A stretch of 64,000 nt of DNA from an uncultured Candidatus Rokubacteria bacterium (GCA_963747235.1 CAVVEU010000002.1:1-64000); one strand, 5' to 3'; shown: positions 51,700 to 61,944, numbered from the stretch's first letter. Numbers and translations: made by a program. The notes: generated by a model not told the origin, from the sequence alone.

Positions 51700-54045
51700 A
51701 TGGGCGAGTTCGGCATCGGGCAGTCCGTCAAGCGATTCGAGGACGTCCGACTGCTGCGGGGCGAGGGGCGCTTTCACGCCGACGTGAACCTCCCCGGCCA
51801 GGTCCACGCGGTGCTGGTGCGCTCCCCCCACGCCCACGCGCGCATCCGCGCGATCGACACGGCCCCCGCGCTCAAGGCCCCGGGGGTGCTCGCCGTCTAC
51901 ACCGGCGCCGACGTGGCGCGCGACGGCCTCGGCACCATGAAGATGACGCTCAAGCGCAGCCGGCCCGACGGCTCGCCGATGTTCGCGCCGCCGCACCGCG
52001 GCCTCGCGCTGGACCGGGCGCGTCACGTGGGTGACGCGGTGGCGATGGTCATCGCGGAGACTCGCGCCCAGGCCGAGGACGCCGCCGACCTGGTGCGCGT
52101 GGACTATGACCCGCTCCCCTCCGTGACCGACACCGCGGCCGCCGCCGAGCCCGGGGCTCCCGCGGTCTGGGACGAGTGCCCGGATAACATCTCCAACCTG
52201 TACCCGGCGGGCGACGCGGCGGCCACCGACGCCGCCTTCGCGCGCGCCCACCGCGTGGTCCGGCGCCGCTACGTGATCACCCGCGTGCACGCCCAGTTCA
52301 TGGAAGCGCGCGGCGCCCTCGGGGCCTACGACCCGGGCGAGGATCGCTACACGCTCCACGCCGACGTGCAGTACCCGCACCGCGTGCGCAACGCGCTCGC
52401 GACCAACATCTTCAAGATCCCGGAGCACCAGATCCGGGTCATCGCGGGCGACGTGGGCGGCGCCTTCGGGACCAAGGGCTGGCAGTACGTCGAGCACCGG
52501 CTCGTGCTGTGGGCCGCCCGCAAGCTCGGCCGGCCGGTGAAGTGGCTCTGCGAGCGGCGCGAGGCGATCCCGGCCGACGAGCACGCGCGCGACAACGTGA
52601 CCGACGCCGAGCTGGCGCTCGACGCCCAGGGGCGCTTCCTCGCCCTGCGCGTGCGCACCCTCGCCAACGTGGGCGCCTACGTCTCGTCCGACCGCAACCT
52701 GCTCGCCACCTTCAGCAACGTGGCGACCCTCGTCGGCGTCTATACCTTCCCGGCCGCCCACGTCGAGGTCCGCTGCATGCTGACCAATACCAACTCCACC
52801 GCGCCCTACCGCGGCGCGGGGCGGCCCGAGGCCACCTACGTCATCGAGCGGTTGATCGACGACGCGGCCCGCGAGCTCGGCATGGATCGCCTGGCCCTGC
52901 GGCGCGCGAACCTGATCCCGGCCGCCGCGATGCCGTACAAGACCGCGCTCGGCGTCACCTACGACTGCGGCGAGTTCGAGAAGTCCATGGACGCCGCGCT
53001 GCGGCTCGCGGACGTCGCCGGCTTCGCGGCGCGGCGGGAAGCGTCGAAGGCGCGCGGCCGGCTGCGGGGGCTGGCGGTGGTGAATGCCATCGAGCAGGCG
53101 GCGGGCCCGCAGCCCGAGTTCGCGGAGATCCGCTTCGCGCCGAGCGGCAGCGCCACCGTCTTCATGGGCACCAAGAACCAGGGCCAGGGGCACGAGACCA
53201 CCTTCAAGCAGGTCCTCCACGAGCGGCTCGGGCTCGACCCCGCCGACGTGCGCTACATCGACGGCGACACCGATCGCGTCGGCTTCGGCATGGGGTCGAT
53301 GGGCTCGCGCTCGACCGTGATCGGGGGCACCGCGCTCTGGATGGCCGCGGACAAGGTCATCGCCAAGGGCCGCAAGATCGCGGCGCGCCTGCTGGAGGCC
53401 GCGGAGGCGGACATCGGTTTCGGCGACGGGAAGTTCTCGGTGGTGGGCACGGACCGGACGCTCTCGCTGAAGGAGGTGGCGCGCGCCGCCTTCCAGCCCG
53501 CGCAGCTCCCGCCCGGCCTCGAGCCCGGCTTCTACGAGACCGGCACCTTCTCACCCAAGCAGGCCACGTGGCCCAACGGCTGCCACGTCTGCGAGGTCGA
53601 GGTGGACCCGGAGACCGGCGACGTGGCCCTGGTGCGCTACGGGATCGCCGACGACGTGGGCACCGTCATCAATCCGTTGACGCTGAAGGGCCAGATCCAC
53701 GGCGGGGTCGCCCAGGGCGTCGGGCAGGCGCTCATGGAGCAGGTCGTCTACGAGCCGGGCTCCGGCCAGTTGCTGACCGCGTCCTTCATGGAGTACGCGA
53801 TGCCGCGGGCCGATACCTTCTGCGACATGGTCATCGAGAGCCACCCGGTGCCCACCAAGCTCAATCCGCTCGGAGCCAAGGGCGCCGGCGAGGCCGGCAC
53901 GGTCGGCGCGCTGCCCGCGGTGATCAACGCGGTGATGGACGCGCTGGCGCCGCTCGGCGTGCGCCAGCTCGACATGCCCGCGAGCAGCGATCGCGTGTGG
54001 CAGGCGATCCAGCGCGCGCGGGCGGGCGGAGCGCGCCCGGCCTAG
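51700..54045 (+). CDS. Molybdenum hydroxylase large subunit (CoxL/xanthine dehydrogenase family)
   Basis: DVGGAFGTK, PYRGAGRPE, GQGHET, GQIHGGVAQG, GAKGAGEAG. Confidence 0.92.
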   Translation: MGEFGIGQSVKRFEDVRLLRGEGRFHADVNLPGQVHAVLVRSPHAHARIRAIDTAPALKAPGVLAVYTGADVARDGLGTMKMTLKRSRPDGSPMFAPPHRGLALDRARHVGDAVAMVIAETRAQAEDAADLVRVDYDPLPSVTDTAAAAEPGAPAVWDECPDNISNLYPAGDAAATDAAFARAHRVVRRRYVITRVHAQFMEARGALGAYDPGEDRYTLHADVQYPHRVRNALATNIFKIPEHQIRVIAGDVGGAFGTKGWQYVEHRLVLWAARKLGRPVKWLCERREAIPADEHARDNVTDAELALDAQGRFLALRVRTLANVGAYVSSDRNLLATFSNVATLVGVYTFPAAHVEVRCMLTNTNSTAPYRGAGRPEATYVIERLIDDAARELGMDRLALRRANLIPAAAMPYKTALGVTYDCGEFEKSMDAALRLADVAGFAARREASKARGRLRGLAVVNAIEQAAGPQPEFAEIRFAPSGSATVFMGTKNQGQGHETTFKQVLHERLGLDPADVRYIDGDTDRVGFGMGSMGSRSTVIGGTALWMAADKVIAKGRKIAARLLEAAEADIGFGDGKFSVVGTDRTLSLKEVARAAFQPAQLPPGLEPGFYETGTFSPKQATWPNGCHVCEVEVDPETGDVALVRYGIADDVGTVINPLTLKGQIHGGVAQGVGQALMEQVVYEPGSGQLLTASFMEYAMPRADTFCDMVIESHPVPTKLNPLGAKGAGEAGTVGALPAVINAVMDALAPLGVRQLDMPASSDRVWQAIQRARAGGARPA

Positions 54046-54614
54046 AAGCGGTAGCGGACGCCGACCTCCAGCACGTTGGAGCCGCTGTGGGAGAAGAGGC
54101 CGAAGATGCCGGAGCGGTGGTGGACGCGGCCCACGAGGCTCCACCGCGAGTTCGGCAACCCGACCGCCGCCTCGAGCAGGAGGTAGTGGAGCAGGGTCGC
54201 GGCCTGGCTGTTCTCGGGGTCGCGCTTCTCGAGCACCGGCACCTCACTCGTCACCGAGAGGCCCCCGCCGATGGCCACCGAGGTGTCGAGATAGCGGTTC
54301 CACGGAAACGTGATCCAGCGCACGTTGATGGAGGACGTGAACTCCACGTGCTCCTGCTCGCCGAAGTGCTTGAGCATCTGCCCTTCCAGCTCCCAGCGCA
54401 TGTGCCGGCCCCAGTCCACGAACTGGTAGGAGACGGCGAGCCCCGCGGTGTAGGAGTCCTTGAAGTCCGCCTTCCCGCCTAGCTCGAGGAGCCTGCTCCC
54501 CGAGTACTGACCGCCCAGCAGGGTCAGCGCCCACTCCTGCTCCGCGAAGGCGGCGGGGGCGGAGGCCAGCGGCAGCAGCGCGACCAGGGCGGCGAGGACG
54601 AGCTTCGCGATCAT
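54042..54614 (-). CDS. Small outer-membrane beta-barrel, PagL/acyloxyacyl hydrolase-like
   Basis: Signal peptide, alternating beta strands, HHRSG..GSN motif, terminal GVRYRF. Confidence 0.7.
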   Translation of the reverse strand: MIAKLVLAALVALLPLASAPAAFAEQEWALTLLGGQYSGSRLLELGGKADFKDSYTAGLAVSYQFVDWGRHMRWELEGQMLKHFGEQEHVEFTSSINVRWITFPWNRYLDTSVAIGGGLSVTSEVPVLEKRDPENSQAATLLHYLLLEAAVGLPNSRWSLVGRVHHRSGIFGLFSHSGSNVLEVGVRYRF

Positions 54615-55264
54615 GCGCGGGGCGCGAGACCGAGCATGACGCAATCGGTGATCGTGTGCGCCAGCCGCTCCGCCTCCGCGGTGGTGCGCGCGCGGTCCTT
54701 CAGCTTGCCGTCGACGAGCAGCGCGGCCAGCCCGTGGACGATGGACCAGGCCGCCACCGCGAACGCCTCGGGGTCGCCGCCGCGCACCTGCCCGGCCGCC
54801 TGGCACTCGGTGATCGCCTGGACGAGCATCGTGAACGTGCGCTCGCCCGCGGCCTTGAGCGCGGGATGCTCCGCCTTGTCCGGCACCTCGGAGCCGAACA
54901 TCACCCGCAGGTACGACGGCTGCGCGAGGGCGAAGCGCACGTACCCGATGCCGAGCGCCCGGAAGCGCTCCGCCGGCTCGGCCGCCCGCGACCAGATCTC
55001 CATCATCCCCTTGGCCATCTCCTCGAACCCGCGCTCCGCCACCGCGGCCAGCAACGCCTCGCGATCCGCGAAGTGCCAGTAGGGCGCGGCCTCCGACACC
55101 CGCGCACGCCGGGCGACTTCTCGAAGGCTGAAGCCTTGAGGGCCCTTGCGCGCGATCAGGGCCACCGCCGCGTCCACCAGCGTGTCGCGCAGGCTCCCGC
55201 CGGCCGCGCCGGACCGGGCGCGGCGGGGCGACGGCTTCTTCCGGCGACGGCGCTTGACAGGCAT
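54611..55264 (-). CDS. TetR/AcrR family regulator
   Basis: FSLREVARRARVSEAAPYWHF HTH; WSIVHG motif. Confidence 0.93.
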   Translation of the reverse strand: MPVKRRRRKKPSPRRARSGAAGGSLRDTLVDAAVALIARKGPQGFSLREVARRARVSEAAPYWHFADREALLAAVAERGFEEMAKGMMEIWSRAAEPAERFRALGIGYVRFALAQPSYLRVMFGSEVPDKAEHPALKAAGERTFTMLVQAITECQAAGQVRGGDPEAFAVAAWSIVHGLAALLVDGKLKDRARTTAEAERLAHTITDCVMLGLAPRA

Positions 55265-55283
55265 TACTTAACAGCGTTAATGT
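55254..55283 (+). promoter_or_regulatory. Sigma70-like promoter overlapping a palindromic candidate TetR operator
   Basis: TTGACA-N18-TAATGT; palindrome TTAAC-AGC-GTTAA at 55268-55280. Confidence 0.6.
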
Positions 55284-55341
55284 GCGGCATGACATTCGTG
55301 GCGGCGGGGCGGAACGCCCGAACCTCGCGCGGGAGGGTACC

Positions 55342-56337
55342 ATGATCCGACCGCGAGTGCTCCGGGGAACGCTCCTCGGCGCCGCCCTGGTGATCGTCGT
55401 GGCCGCCGCGGGCTGCGGCCGGCTTGCGGTGTGGTCGGCGCCGGCCAAGACCGCGACCACGGAGCGGACCGCGGCCGCGGTCGAGGCCGACAAGCTCTTC
55501 TGGAAGACGCTCCACGCCGGCGAGTACGATCGCATCCCGGTCGCGCTCACCGCGCTGAAGGCCGCCTACCTCGAGAACCCGCGCGACGCGGTCACCGCCG
55601 CCCACGTCGGGTGGCTGCACATCTGGCGGCTCGGCGAGCGGGCCCGACAGGCCGCGCTCCGCCCCGACATCACGGACGACGCGGTGCTCGGCCGGAAGTA
55701 CTTCGAGGAAGCGGTCCGGCTCGATCCCGGCGAGGCGCGGTACCTGGGCTTCTACGCCGGACTGCTGATGGCCGAGGGCACCATCCACAAGGACGAGAAG
55801 ATGGTCCGGCAGGGGTTCTACGCGATGAAGGACGCGGTCTCCGCGTGGCCGGAGTTCAACTACTTCACGGCCGGCTACACCGCCTCCGGGCAGCCCGTCG
55901 AGTCCGATCGCTTCCGGGAAGCGCTCGAGCAGCAGTGGCTGAACCTCGACGTGTGCACGGGACAGAAGGTGGATCGGGCCAACCCCGACTATGCGAAATA
56001 CATGGGGCTGGAGACGAAGGAGGGCCCCCGGCGCGTGTGCTGGAACTCCTGGATCGCCCCGCACAACTTCGAGGGCTTCTTCCTCAACTTCGGCGACATG
56101 CTGGTGAAGGCGGGCCAGCCCGACCTCGCGGTGCCGATGTACCGCAACGCCCAGCACGCGCGCGAGTACGCGACCTGGCCCTACAAGGCCGTGCTGGAGG
56201 CCCGCATCCGCGACGCCGCGAAGAACGTGGAGGCGTTTCGCCGGATTGAGCCCGCGCCCGACGCGGCCACGCTCCCCGACGCGGCCACGCTCATGGTCCG
56301 CTCGACCTTCGCGTGCATGGGTTGCCACCAGGAGTGA
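55342..56337 (+). CDS. Predicted lipoprotein with TPR-like helices and C-terminal CxxCH
   Basis: Lipobox AAAGC; terminal FACMGCHQE; GGAGG RBS. Confidence 0.75.
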   Translation: MIRPRVLRGTLLGAALVIVVAAAGCGRLAVWSAPAKTATTERTAAAVEADKLFWKTLHAGEYDRIPVALTALKAAYLENPRDAVTAAHVGWLHIWRLGERARQAALRPDITDDAVLGRKYFEEAVRLDPGEARYLGFYAGLLMAEGTIHKDEKMVRQGFYAMKDAVSAWPEFNYFTAGYTASGQPVESDRFREALEQQWLNLDVCTGQKVDRANPDYAKYMGLETKEGPRRVCWNSWIAPHNFEGFFLNFGDMLVKAGQPDLAVPMYRNAQHAREYATWPYKAVLEARIRDAAKNVEAFRRIEPAPDAATLPDAATLMVRSTFACMGCHQE

Positions 56338-56356
56338 GCGGGGGCTCGAACGGGGA

Positions 56357-56391
56357 CCGCCCGCCGGGCCTGGTGTCGGCCCGGCGGGCGG
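56357..56391. terminator. 14-bp GC hairpin between the convergent lipoprotein gene and ssrA
   Basis: CCGCCCGCCGGGCC-N7-GGCCCGGCGGGCGG; no clear U tract. Confidence 0.5.
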
Positions 56392-56402
56392 CTGCTACGA
56401 AT

Positions 56403-56758
56403 TGGTGGAGGCGGTGGGCATCGAACCCACGTCCGGAAACCCTCGGCAACAGGCATCTACATCATTAGCCGGTTATCTAGAGCGTCTCGCCTCTCGGCCC
56501 CCCAACCGGCCGGGTCACCGATCAGCCAGCTCCTGTTGTTCTCGCCCCGCACCCCGGAGCAGGGTTTGGAGCCAGTCACCAGAATATGACGCCCTGACCC
56601 GGACCCTGGTAACCCAATCCGGAGGACGCTGGCGGGTGTTAGGCCGCCAGAGCTAGCTGGTTGTCGGCAGCTATAACCGTGCCCCCAGTTTTACGAGGAG
56701 AGAGCACCTCGTGATGCCACCTGTGCGTCACTGATCCCCGTCGAAACCAGTCGCCCCC
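56403..56758 (-). ncRNA. ssrA: tmRNA, tag peptide ADNQLALAA
   Basis: 5' GGGGGCGA..TTCGAC; 3' GGTTCGATGCCCACCGCCTCCACCA; tag frame at 56639-56668; adjacent smpB. Confidence 0.96.
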
Positions 56759-56760
56759 TT

Positions 56761-57231
56761 TTACGCCCGAGATCGGGCGCGTGATTCCTTTTCCATCTCC
56801 CGCCGGCTTTCGCGCTCGCGGAGGGACGCGCGCTTGTCGTGGAGCTTCTTGCCGCGGGCCAGCCCCAGCTCGACCTTCACGCGCCCTGCCTTGAAGTATA
56901 GACGAAGCGGGATGAGGGTCAACCCGCGCTCGGCGATCTTTCCGAGCAGGCGCGCGATCTCCCGCTTGTGCAGCAGCAGCTTCCGCCGACGCTCCGGATC
57001 GTGATTGGCGTCGGTGCCGTGGTGATACGGGCTGATGTAGCAGCCGACGAGCCACGCCTCGTCGTTGTCGATCGTCGCGTAGCTGTCCTTGAAGTTGACC
57101 TGCGCCTCGCGGAGGGACTTGACCTCGGTCCCCCGCAGCACGAGCCCCGCCTCGTACGTCTCGAGAATCGCGTAGTCGTGGAAGGCCCTGCGGTTGGTGG
57201 AGATGACCTTCGCGTCCGTCTCGTCCGCCAT
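56761..57231 (-). CDS. smpB: SsrA-binding protein
   Basis: NRRAFHDY, EAGLVLRGTEVKSLR, RKLLLHKREI, GKKLHDKR. Confidence 0.97.
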   Translation of the reverse strand: MADETDAKVISTNRRAFHDYAILETYEAGLVLRGTEVKSLREAQVNFKDSYATIDNDEAWLVGCYISPYHHGTDANHDPERRRKLLLHKREIARLLGKIAERGLTLIPLRLYFKAGRVKVELGLARGKKLHDKRASLRERESRREMEKESRARSRA

Positions 57232-57265
57232 GGCGCTCAGGCTCCCGACCGCCGCCGCGGGGCCC

Positions 57266-57293
57266 TTGACTTCATACCCGCAGTCCGTAAGAT
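57266..57293 (+). promoter_or_regulatory. Sigma70-like promoter of tRNA-Leu
   Basis: TTGACT-N16-TAAGAT, 15 nt before the tRNA. Confidence 0.55.
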
Positions 57294-57308
57294 GGGGACC
57301 TTGTCCGA

Positions 57309-57395
57309 GCCGAAGTGGCGGAATTGGCAGACGCGCATGATTCAGGGTCATGTGCCCGCAAGGGTGTGGGGGTTCGAGTCCCCCCTTCGGCACCA
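57309..57395 (+). tRNA. tRNA-Leu(CAG)
   Basis: Class II cloverleaf, anticodon loop TTCAGGG, long variable arm, CCA. Confidence 0.96.
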
Positions 57396-57447
57396 GTAGA
57401 ATCCCCGCCCGGATACTCATCGCCATCATCCCGAGTGTACGGCGGAA

Positions 57448-58423
57448 CTACGCCAGCTCGGCGAGCGCGACGCGACGGCCCAGTGAGGACGAGCGCTGCG
57501 CCGCCTCCACCGTGCGGAGCGCGTCGAGCCCCGCCTGCACGTCCACCGCGGGAGGGCACCGGCGGGTCACCGCGTCCAGGAACCCCTCGAGCTCGTGGCG
57601 GAGCGGCTCGGGCCCGGAGGCCTTGAAGCTCTCCACCGCGCCCTCCGGCGCCTGCCAGCCCGACGGCGTCTCCACGTGGCGGTTGGCGAGCACGCGCACC
57701 TCGGAGGTGCCGAAGTCGGCGGCGAGCGTCCCCTGCTCGCCCACGATCACGCAGTCGCGGGCGGTCCCGGGGGCGAAGTAGCCGGCCTCCACGAAGGCGG
57801 GGACGTCGCCGTACTCCACCGTGGTGAACGAGCAATCGTCGAGGCCACGGCCGAGGTGATCGCGCAGGGTGGCGGTGACCGCGGTGGCCGGGCGCCCGAG
57901 CAGATGGGCGAAGAGGTCGAAGTAGTGGATGGCGTCCGTCTGCGTCACGCCGACGTCGGTGCGCGGGCGCTTGAAGCCGGCGAAGCGGCCCGGTGCAGTA
58001 GCGCACGCGCCCGATCGCGCCCGCGGCCAGCCGCTCGCGGAGCGCCGTCGTCACCGGATGGAAGCGGAAGATGTGCCCGACCTGCAGCACGCGGAGCGTC
58101 TGGGCCACGATCGCGGCGAGACGGCGGCCCTCGTCCACCGTCAGCGTGAGCGGCTTCTCGACGAAGCAGTCGCGGCCCGCGCGCAGGCACTCCGCGGCGA
58201 GGGCCAGGTGATTGTCGGCCGGCGTCACGATGTCCACCGCGTCCACGTGCGGCAGCGCCTGGCGGAAGTCCTCGACCGCGCGCGCCGCCGCCACGCCGGC
58301 CTTGATCGCGAAGGCGCGCCGCTCCGCCGAGACGTCGGCCACCCAGAGCTCGACGCCCAGCTCGCCGAGCACGCGCAGGTGCTTCTCGCCCCAGCGCCCC
58401 AGGCCGACCAGCAGCACCTTCAC
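57448..58423 (-). CDS. Gfo/Idh/MocA oxidoreductase (frameshift near 57990)
   Basis: GLGRWG, CFVEKP, QVGHIFRFHP, DAIHYFD. Confidence 0.88.
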
Positions 58424-59200
58424 CGGCCGCCCCCGGGCTCGCCGCCCAGGTCCTCGGCGATCTCGTAGCGCAGGAGCCGGTCCTTCATCCAGCGGACCAC
58501 CAGGAGGTCCACGAACGCGCGCAGCGCGCGGTTGCCGATGCCGTACTTGGACTGGCCGAACCGGCGCGGCCGGTGATTCACCGGCACCTCGAGCACCCGG
58601 AAGCCCCGCATCTTCAGCAGCGTGGGAATGAACCGGTGAAAGCCCTTGTAGAGCACGAGATCGCGCAGGCACTCGCGGCGGAAGGCCCGGAAGGTGCAGC
58701 CGCTGTCCTGGATGGTCTCCTCGCTCAGGCGATTGCGTACCCGGTTGGCGATGCGGGAGGAGAGGCGCCGCACCCAGGAGTCGCCCGCCGCGCGGTTCAC
58801 GCGCCAGCCGGTCACCGCGTCCCAGCGGTCGAGCTGCGCGAGCATCGCGGGAATGTCGTGCGGATCGTTCTGGAGATCCGCGTCCATGACGACCACGTGC
58901 CGGCCGCGCACCGCCTTCAGGCCCGCGTCGGTGGCCGCGGTCTCCCCCGCGTTCGCCTTCAGGCGCACGAGCCGCACGCGCCCGTCCCGCTCGCGGAACT
59001 CGCGGACGATCTCGGCGCTGCGGTCGCGGCTCCCGTCGTCCACGAAGATGACCTCGTAGCGCAGGCCGGTCGGCTCGAGCACCTCGCGGATCTCCGGCCA
59101 GAGGAGCGGGAGATTCTCCTCCTCGTTGTACACCGGCACGACGATGGAGAGGTCCAGCGACGGCGGGCGCGGCGTCCGGGCGCGCGGCGGGCGGCGTCAA
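58420..59200 (-). CDS. GT2 polyprenyl-phosphate glycosyltransferase (5' end probably frameshifted)
   Basis: PVYNEE, VDDGSRD, MDADLQNDP; paralogue of 19380-20102. Confidence 0.88.
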
Positions 59201-59790
59201 CTGCGGGGCGGCCCCGGCACGCGCGGCGGCGCGCCCTGCCACTCCGGCGCCAGCGAATGCGGGAGGCCGAGCCGGTCGAGCACGCGCGCGAGCGTCTGGA
59301 CGACGAGGTCGTCGATCTGCTTCGGCCGGTTGTAGAAGGCCGGCATCGGCGGCAGGACCACCGCGCCCATCTCGGCCAGCGCGGTGAGCACCCGGAGGTG
59401 TCCGAGATGCAGCGGGGTCTCGCGGACCACCAGGATGAGCGCCCGGCCCTCCTTGAGCGTCACGTCGGCCGCGCGCGCCATCAGCGTGTCGGAGACGCAG
59501 TGGGCCACCGCGGCCGCGGTCTTGATGCTGCACGGCACGATGACCATGCCGTCCGTCTTGAACGAGCCGGAGGCGAGCGCCGCGCCGATGTCCCGGTTGC
59601 GGTAGCGGCGGGTGGCGAGCGCCTCGACGTCGGCGACCGTGTAGTCGGTCTCCTCGACGATGGTGCGCCGCCCGGCGTCGGAGATGACGAGGTGCGCCTC
59701 GACGTCCGGGATCCCGCGCAGCAGCTCCAGGAAGCGGATGCCGTAGATCGCGCCCGAGGCGCCGCTCAGCCCGACGACCACGCGCTTCAT
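59197..59790 (-). CDS. ubiX: Flavin prenyltransferase
   Basis: GLSGASGAIYG, ASGSF, PCSIKT, RAADVTLKE, RETPL, PPMPAFY. Confidence 0.95.
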   Translation of the reverse strand: MKRVVVGLSGASGAIYGIRFLELLRGIPDVEAHLVISDAGRRTIVEETDYTVADVEALATRRYRNRDIGAALASGSFKTDGMVIVPCSIKTAAAVAHCVSDTLMARAADVTLKEGRALILVVRETPLHLGHLRVLTALAEMGAVVLPPMPAFYNRPKQIDDLVVQTLARVLDRLGLPHSLAPEWQGAPPRVPGPPRS

Positions 59791-60080
59791 AGCCGGAACC
59801 GGCGCCGGTAGACCTCGTCGCGGGTCTTCTGGTAGAGCAGCTCCCACTCCGAGCTGCCCTCGGGCGCCGGGCGCGAATAGGTGCTGAGCGCGCGGCGCAC
59901 CTCCTGGTCGATCGATTCCTCGAGCTTCGACTCGTCCTCCAGGACCCGGAACACCTCGGTGCGGAGGTGGCCGTGGGCCTTCTCGTCGTCGCCCTTGATC
60001 GAGACGCTCTCGGTCGCGGCCAGGTCGGCCACGATGCGGTCGGCCAGCGCGAACATGCGCTCGCGGCTCATCCGCGTCAC
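59787..60080 (-). CDS. DUF507-like protein
   Basis: About 97 aa helical protein, EGSSEWELLY motif; member of a tandem pair. Confidence 0.65.
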   Translation of the reverse strand: MTRMSRERMFALADRIVADLAATESVSIKGDDEKAHGHLRTEVFRVLEDESKLEESIDQEVRRALSTYSRPAPEGSSEWELLYQKTRDEVYRRRFRL

Positions 60081-60355
60081 AGCGTGAACCCCCGTTCCTT
60101 GGCGAGCTTGGTCTTGACGAGCGCGAAGAGGCGCTTGTAGTCGGAGGCGGAGTCGCGGATCAGCTTGGCATTGTCCATCAGGAGGGTGCGCGCGTCGGCG
60201 TCGAGCTTCTCCTCGGCCTGGAAGTTCTCGGCCAGGATGCGTCGGACCACCTCGCGCGCCCGCGTCTCGTCCCGGACGTCGGCGAGCTTGCGCCCGACCA
60301 GCCGCTTCACCACGGCCTCCGCCATCCGCCCAGCTACCTCGTCCCGTCGCGCCAT
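60077..60355 (-). CDS. DUF507-like protein
   Basis: EEKLDADAR..YKRLF..KLAKERGFTL C-terminus. Confidence 0.7.
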   Translation of the reverse strand: MARRDEVAGRMAEAVVKRLVGRKLADVRDETRAREVVRRILAENFQAEEKLDADARTLLMDNAKLIRDSASDYKRLFALVKTKLAKERGFTL

Positions 60356-60417
60356 GCCCGGAGAGATAGGGTACACGGCCGCGAACGCGAGTGTCAACAA
60401 CTATACGGAAATATGGA

Positions 60418-61944
60418 TCAAAAGTCTCGGACGCCTCCCGGGAGAAGCAGGCGAAATCGGGACCCTTTTCCGGGCAGACTGTCCACTTCGACCCGTCCCC
60501 CGTGGGCCTCCGCGAGGGCCTTCACCAGGCTCAGGCCCAAGCCCAGGCCGCGGGCCGCGGCAGTCTCGGGATGGGGCACGCGGACGTACTTGTCGAAGAT
60601 GCGCGGGAGCTGATCGGCCGGGATGCCGACACCGTCGTCCTCGACGGCCAGCTCGATCATCCCCGGCTGATCCTCGGCCGCGCCCGCGGAGACGCAGACC
60701 TGGCCGCCGCGCGGTGAGTACTTGACCGCGTTGGAGAGCAGGTTCTTGACCATCCGGTCCAGCGCGTCGGGATCCGCGCGCAGGGCCACCTCGGATCCGC
60801 TCGCGGTCCAGCGGAAGTGGTGCCCGCGATGCTCGGCCGCGAAGATCTCGAGGTTGCGCTCGATCAGCCCGGCCAGGTCGACCAGCTCCGGTCTGAGCTC
60901 GAGCGGGCGCCCGGCCTCGATCCGCGACAGATCCAGCAGCTCCCCGACGATGCGGCCCAGCGTGCACGCCTCGGTGTGGAGGTAGACGAGGCAGCGCTGG
61001 GCGCGCTCCGGAGACAGCGCCGAGCGCAGCAGCAGCTCGCTGAAGCCCTGCAGCGCGGTCAGCGGCGTGCGCAGCTCGTGCGAGACCACCGAGAGGAACT
61101 CGGTCTTCGCCTGGTCCAGCTCGCGGAGGCGCGCGGTGGCCGCCGATACTTTCTCCGCGAGCTCCTCCGCGAAATGCTGCTGGCGAAGGGTGAGGCGCGC
61201 GTTCTCGACCGCCAGGGCCATGTGCAGCGCCAGCTCCTCGGCCGCGGCGCGCGTGGCGCGCGACAGCTCCCCGCTCCACTCGACCGCCATCACCCCGACG
61301 ACGCCCGCGCCCGAGACGAGCGGCACCGCGAGGGCGCGCACGGGCGTCGGGCCGACCGGCTCGTCCGCCCACACGCGGGGATCCGCCGCCAGATCCACGC
61401 TGCTCACGCGCTGGCCGGTGGCGAGGGCGAAGGCCGCCGCCGACTCGGGATCGACAAGCGTCCCCACCGGCACGCTGGCGAGGAGCGCGGTGCGCACGTC
61501 GGCGCCGACCAGCAGCGCGAGGCGCCGGGCCCGGAGGGCGGCGCGCAGCTCGCGGGCCGCGCTCACCAGCTTGTCCTCCATCGCGTCCGGCCCGTCCAGC
61601 CGGCGCTGGATCGCGAGCACCGCGGCCAGCCGCGCCGCGCGCGCGCGGGAGCCGTCCACCAGCCGGCCGACGAGCACGCCCGCCACGATCGGCAGGCCGA
61701 GCGACAGCAGGCCGTCGAGCGTCTGGGAGGTGAGGCCGAGCCGCTCCACCGCGGGCAGGACCACCGGCGCGTGCAGCAGGCCGGCCAGCGCGCCGACGAG
61801 CCCGCCGCCGACCGCGCCCCGGGTGAGCGCAGCCCAGAGCGTCGGCACCAGGTAGAGATGCCGGAGCACGGAGGCGGGGCCCTGGTCCGTGACGTCCAGG
61901 GCCAGGGCCAGGGCGGCCAGCAGGGCGACCGGGAGCGCGATCAC
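60418..61944 (-). CDS. Membrane sensor histidine kinase with GAF domain
   Basis: SHELRTPLT H-box, NLLSNAVKYS, DDGVGI, GLGLGL; the track fuses it to the upstream gene through a frameshift. Confidence 0.9.
   Translation of the reverse strand: MIALPVALLAALALALDVTDQGPASVLRHLYLVPTLWAALTRGAVGGGLVGALAGLLHAPVVLPAVERLGLTSQTLDGLLSLGLPIVAGVLVGRLVDGSRARAARLAAVLAIQRRLDGPDAMEDKLVSAARELRAALRARRLALLVGADVRTALLASVPVGTLVDPESAAAFALATGQRVSSVDLAADPRVWADEPVGPTPVRALAVPLVSGAGVVGVMAVEWSGELSRATRAAAEELALHMALAVENARLTLRQQHFAEELAEKVSAATARLRELDQAKTEFLSVVSHELRTPLTALQGFSELLLRSALSPERAQRCLVYLHTEACTLGRIVGELLDLSRIEAGRPLELRPELVDLAGLIERNLEIFAAEHRGHHFRWTASGSEVALRADPDALDRMVKNLLSNAVKYSPRGGQVCVSAGAAEDQPGMIELAVEDDGVGIPADQLPRIFDKYVRVPHPETAAARGLGLGLSLVKALAEAHGGRVEVDSLPGKGSRFRLLLPGGVRDF

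Noticed and set aside
51700-54045. True form I aerobic CO dehydrogenase
   Set aside because: Active-site loop is PYRGAGR rather than AYxCSFR, and no coxM/coxS genes are adjacent
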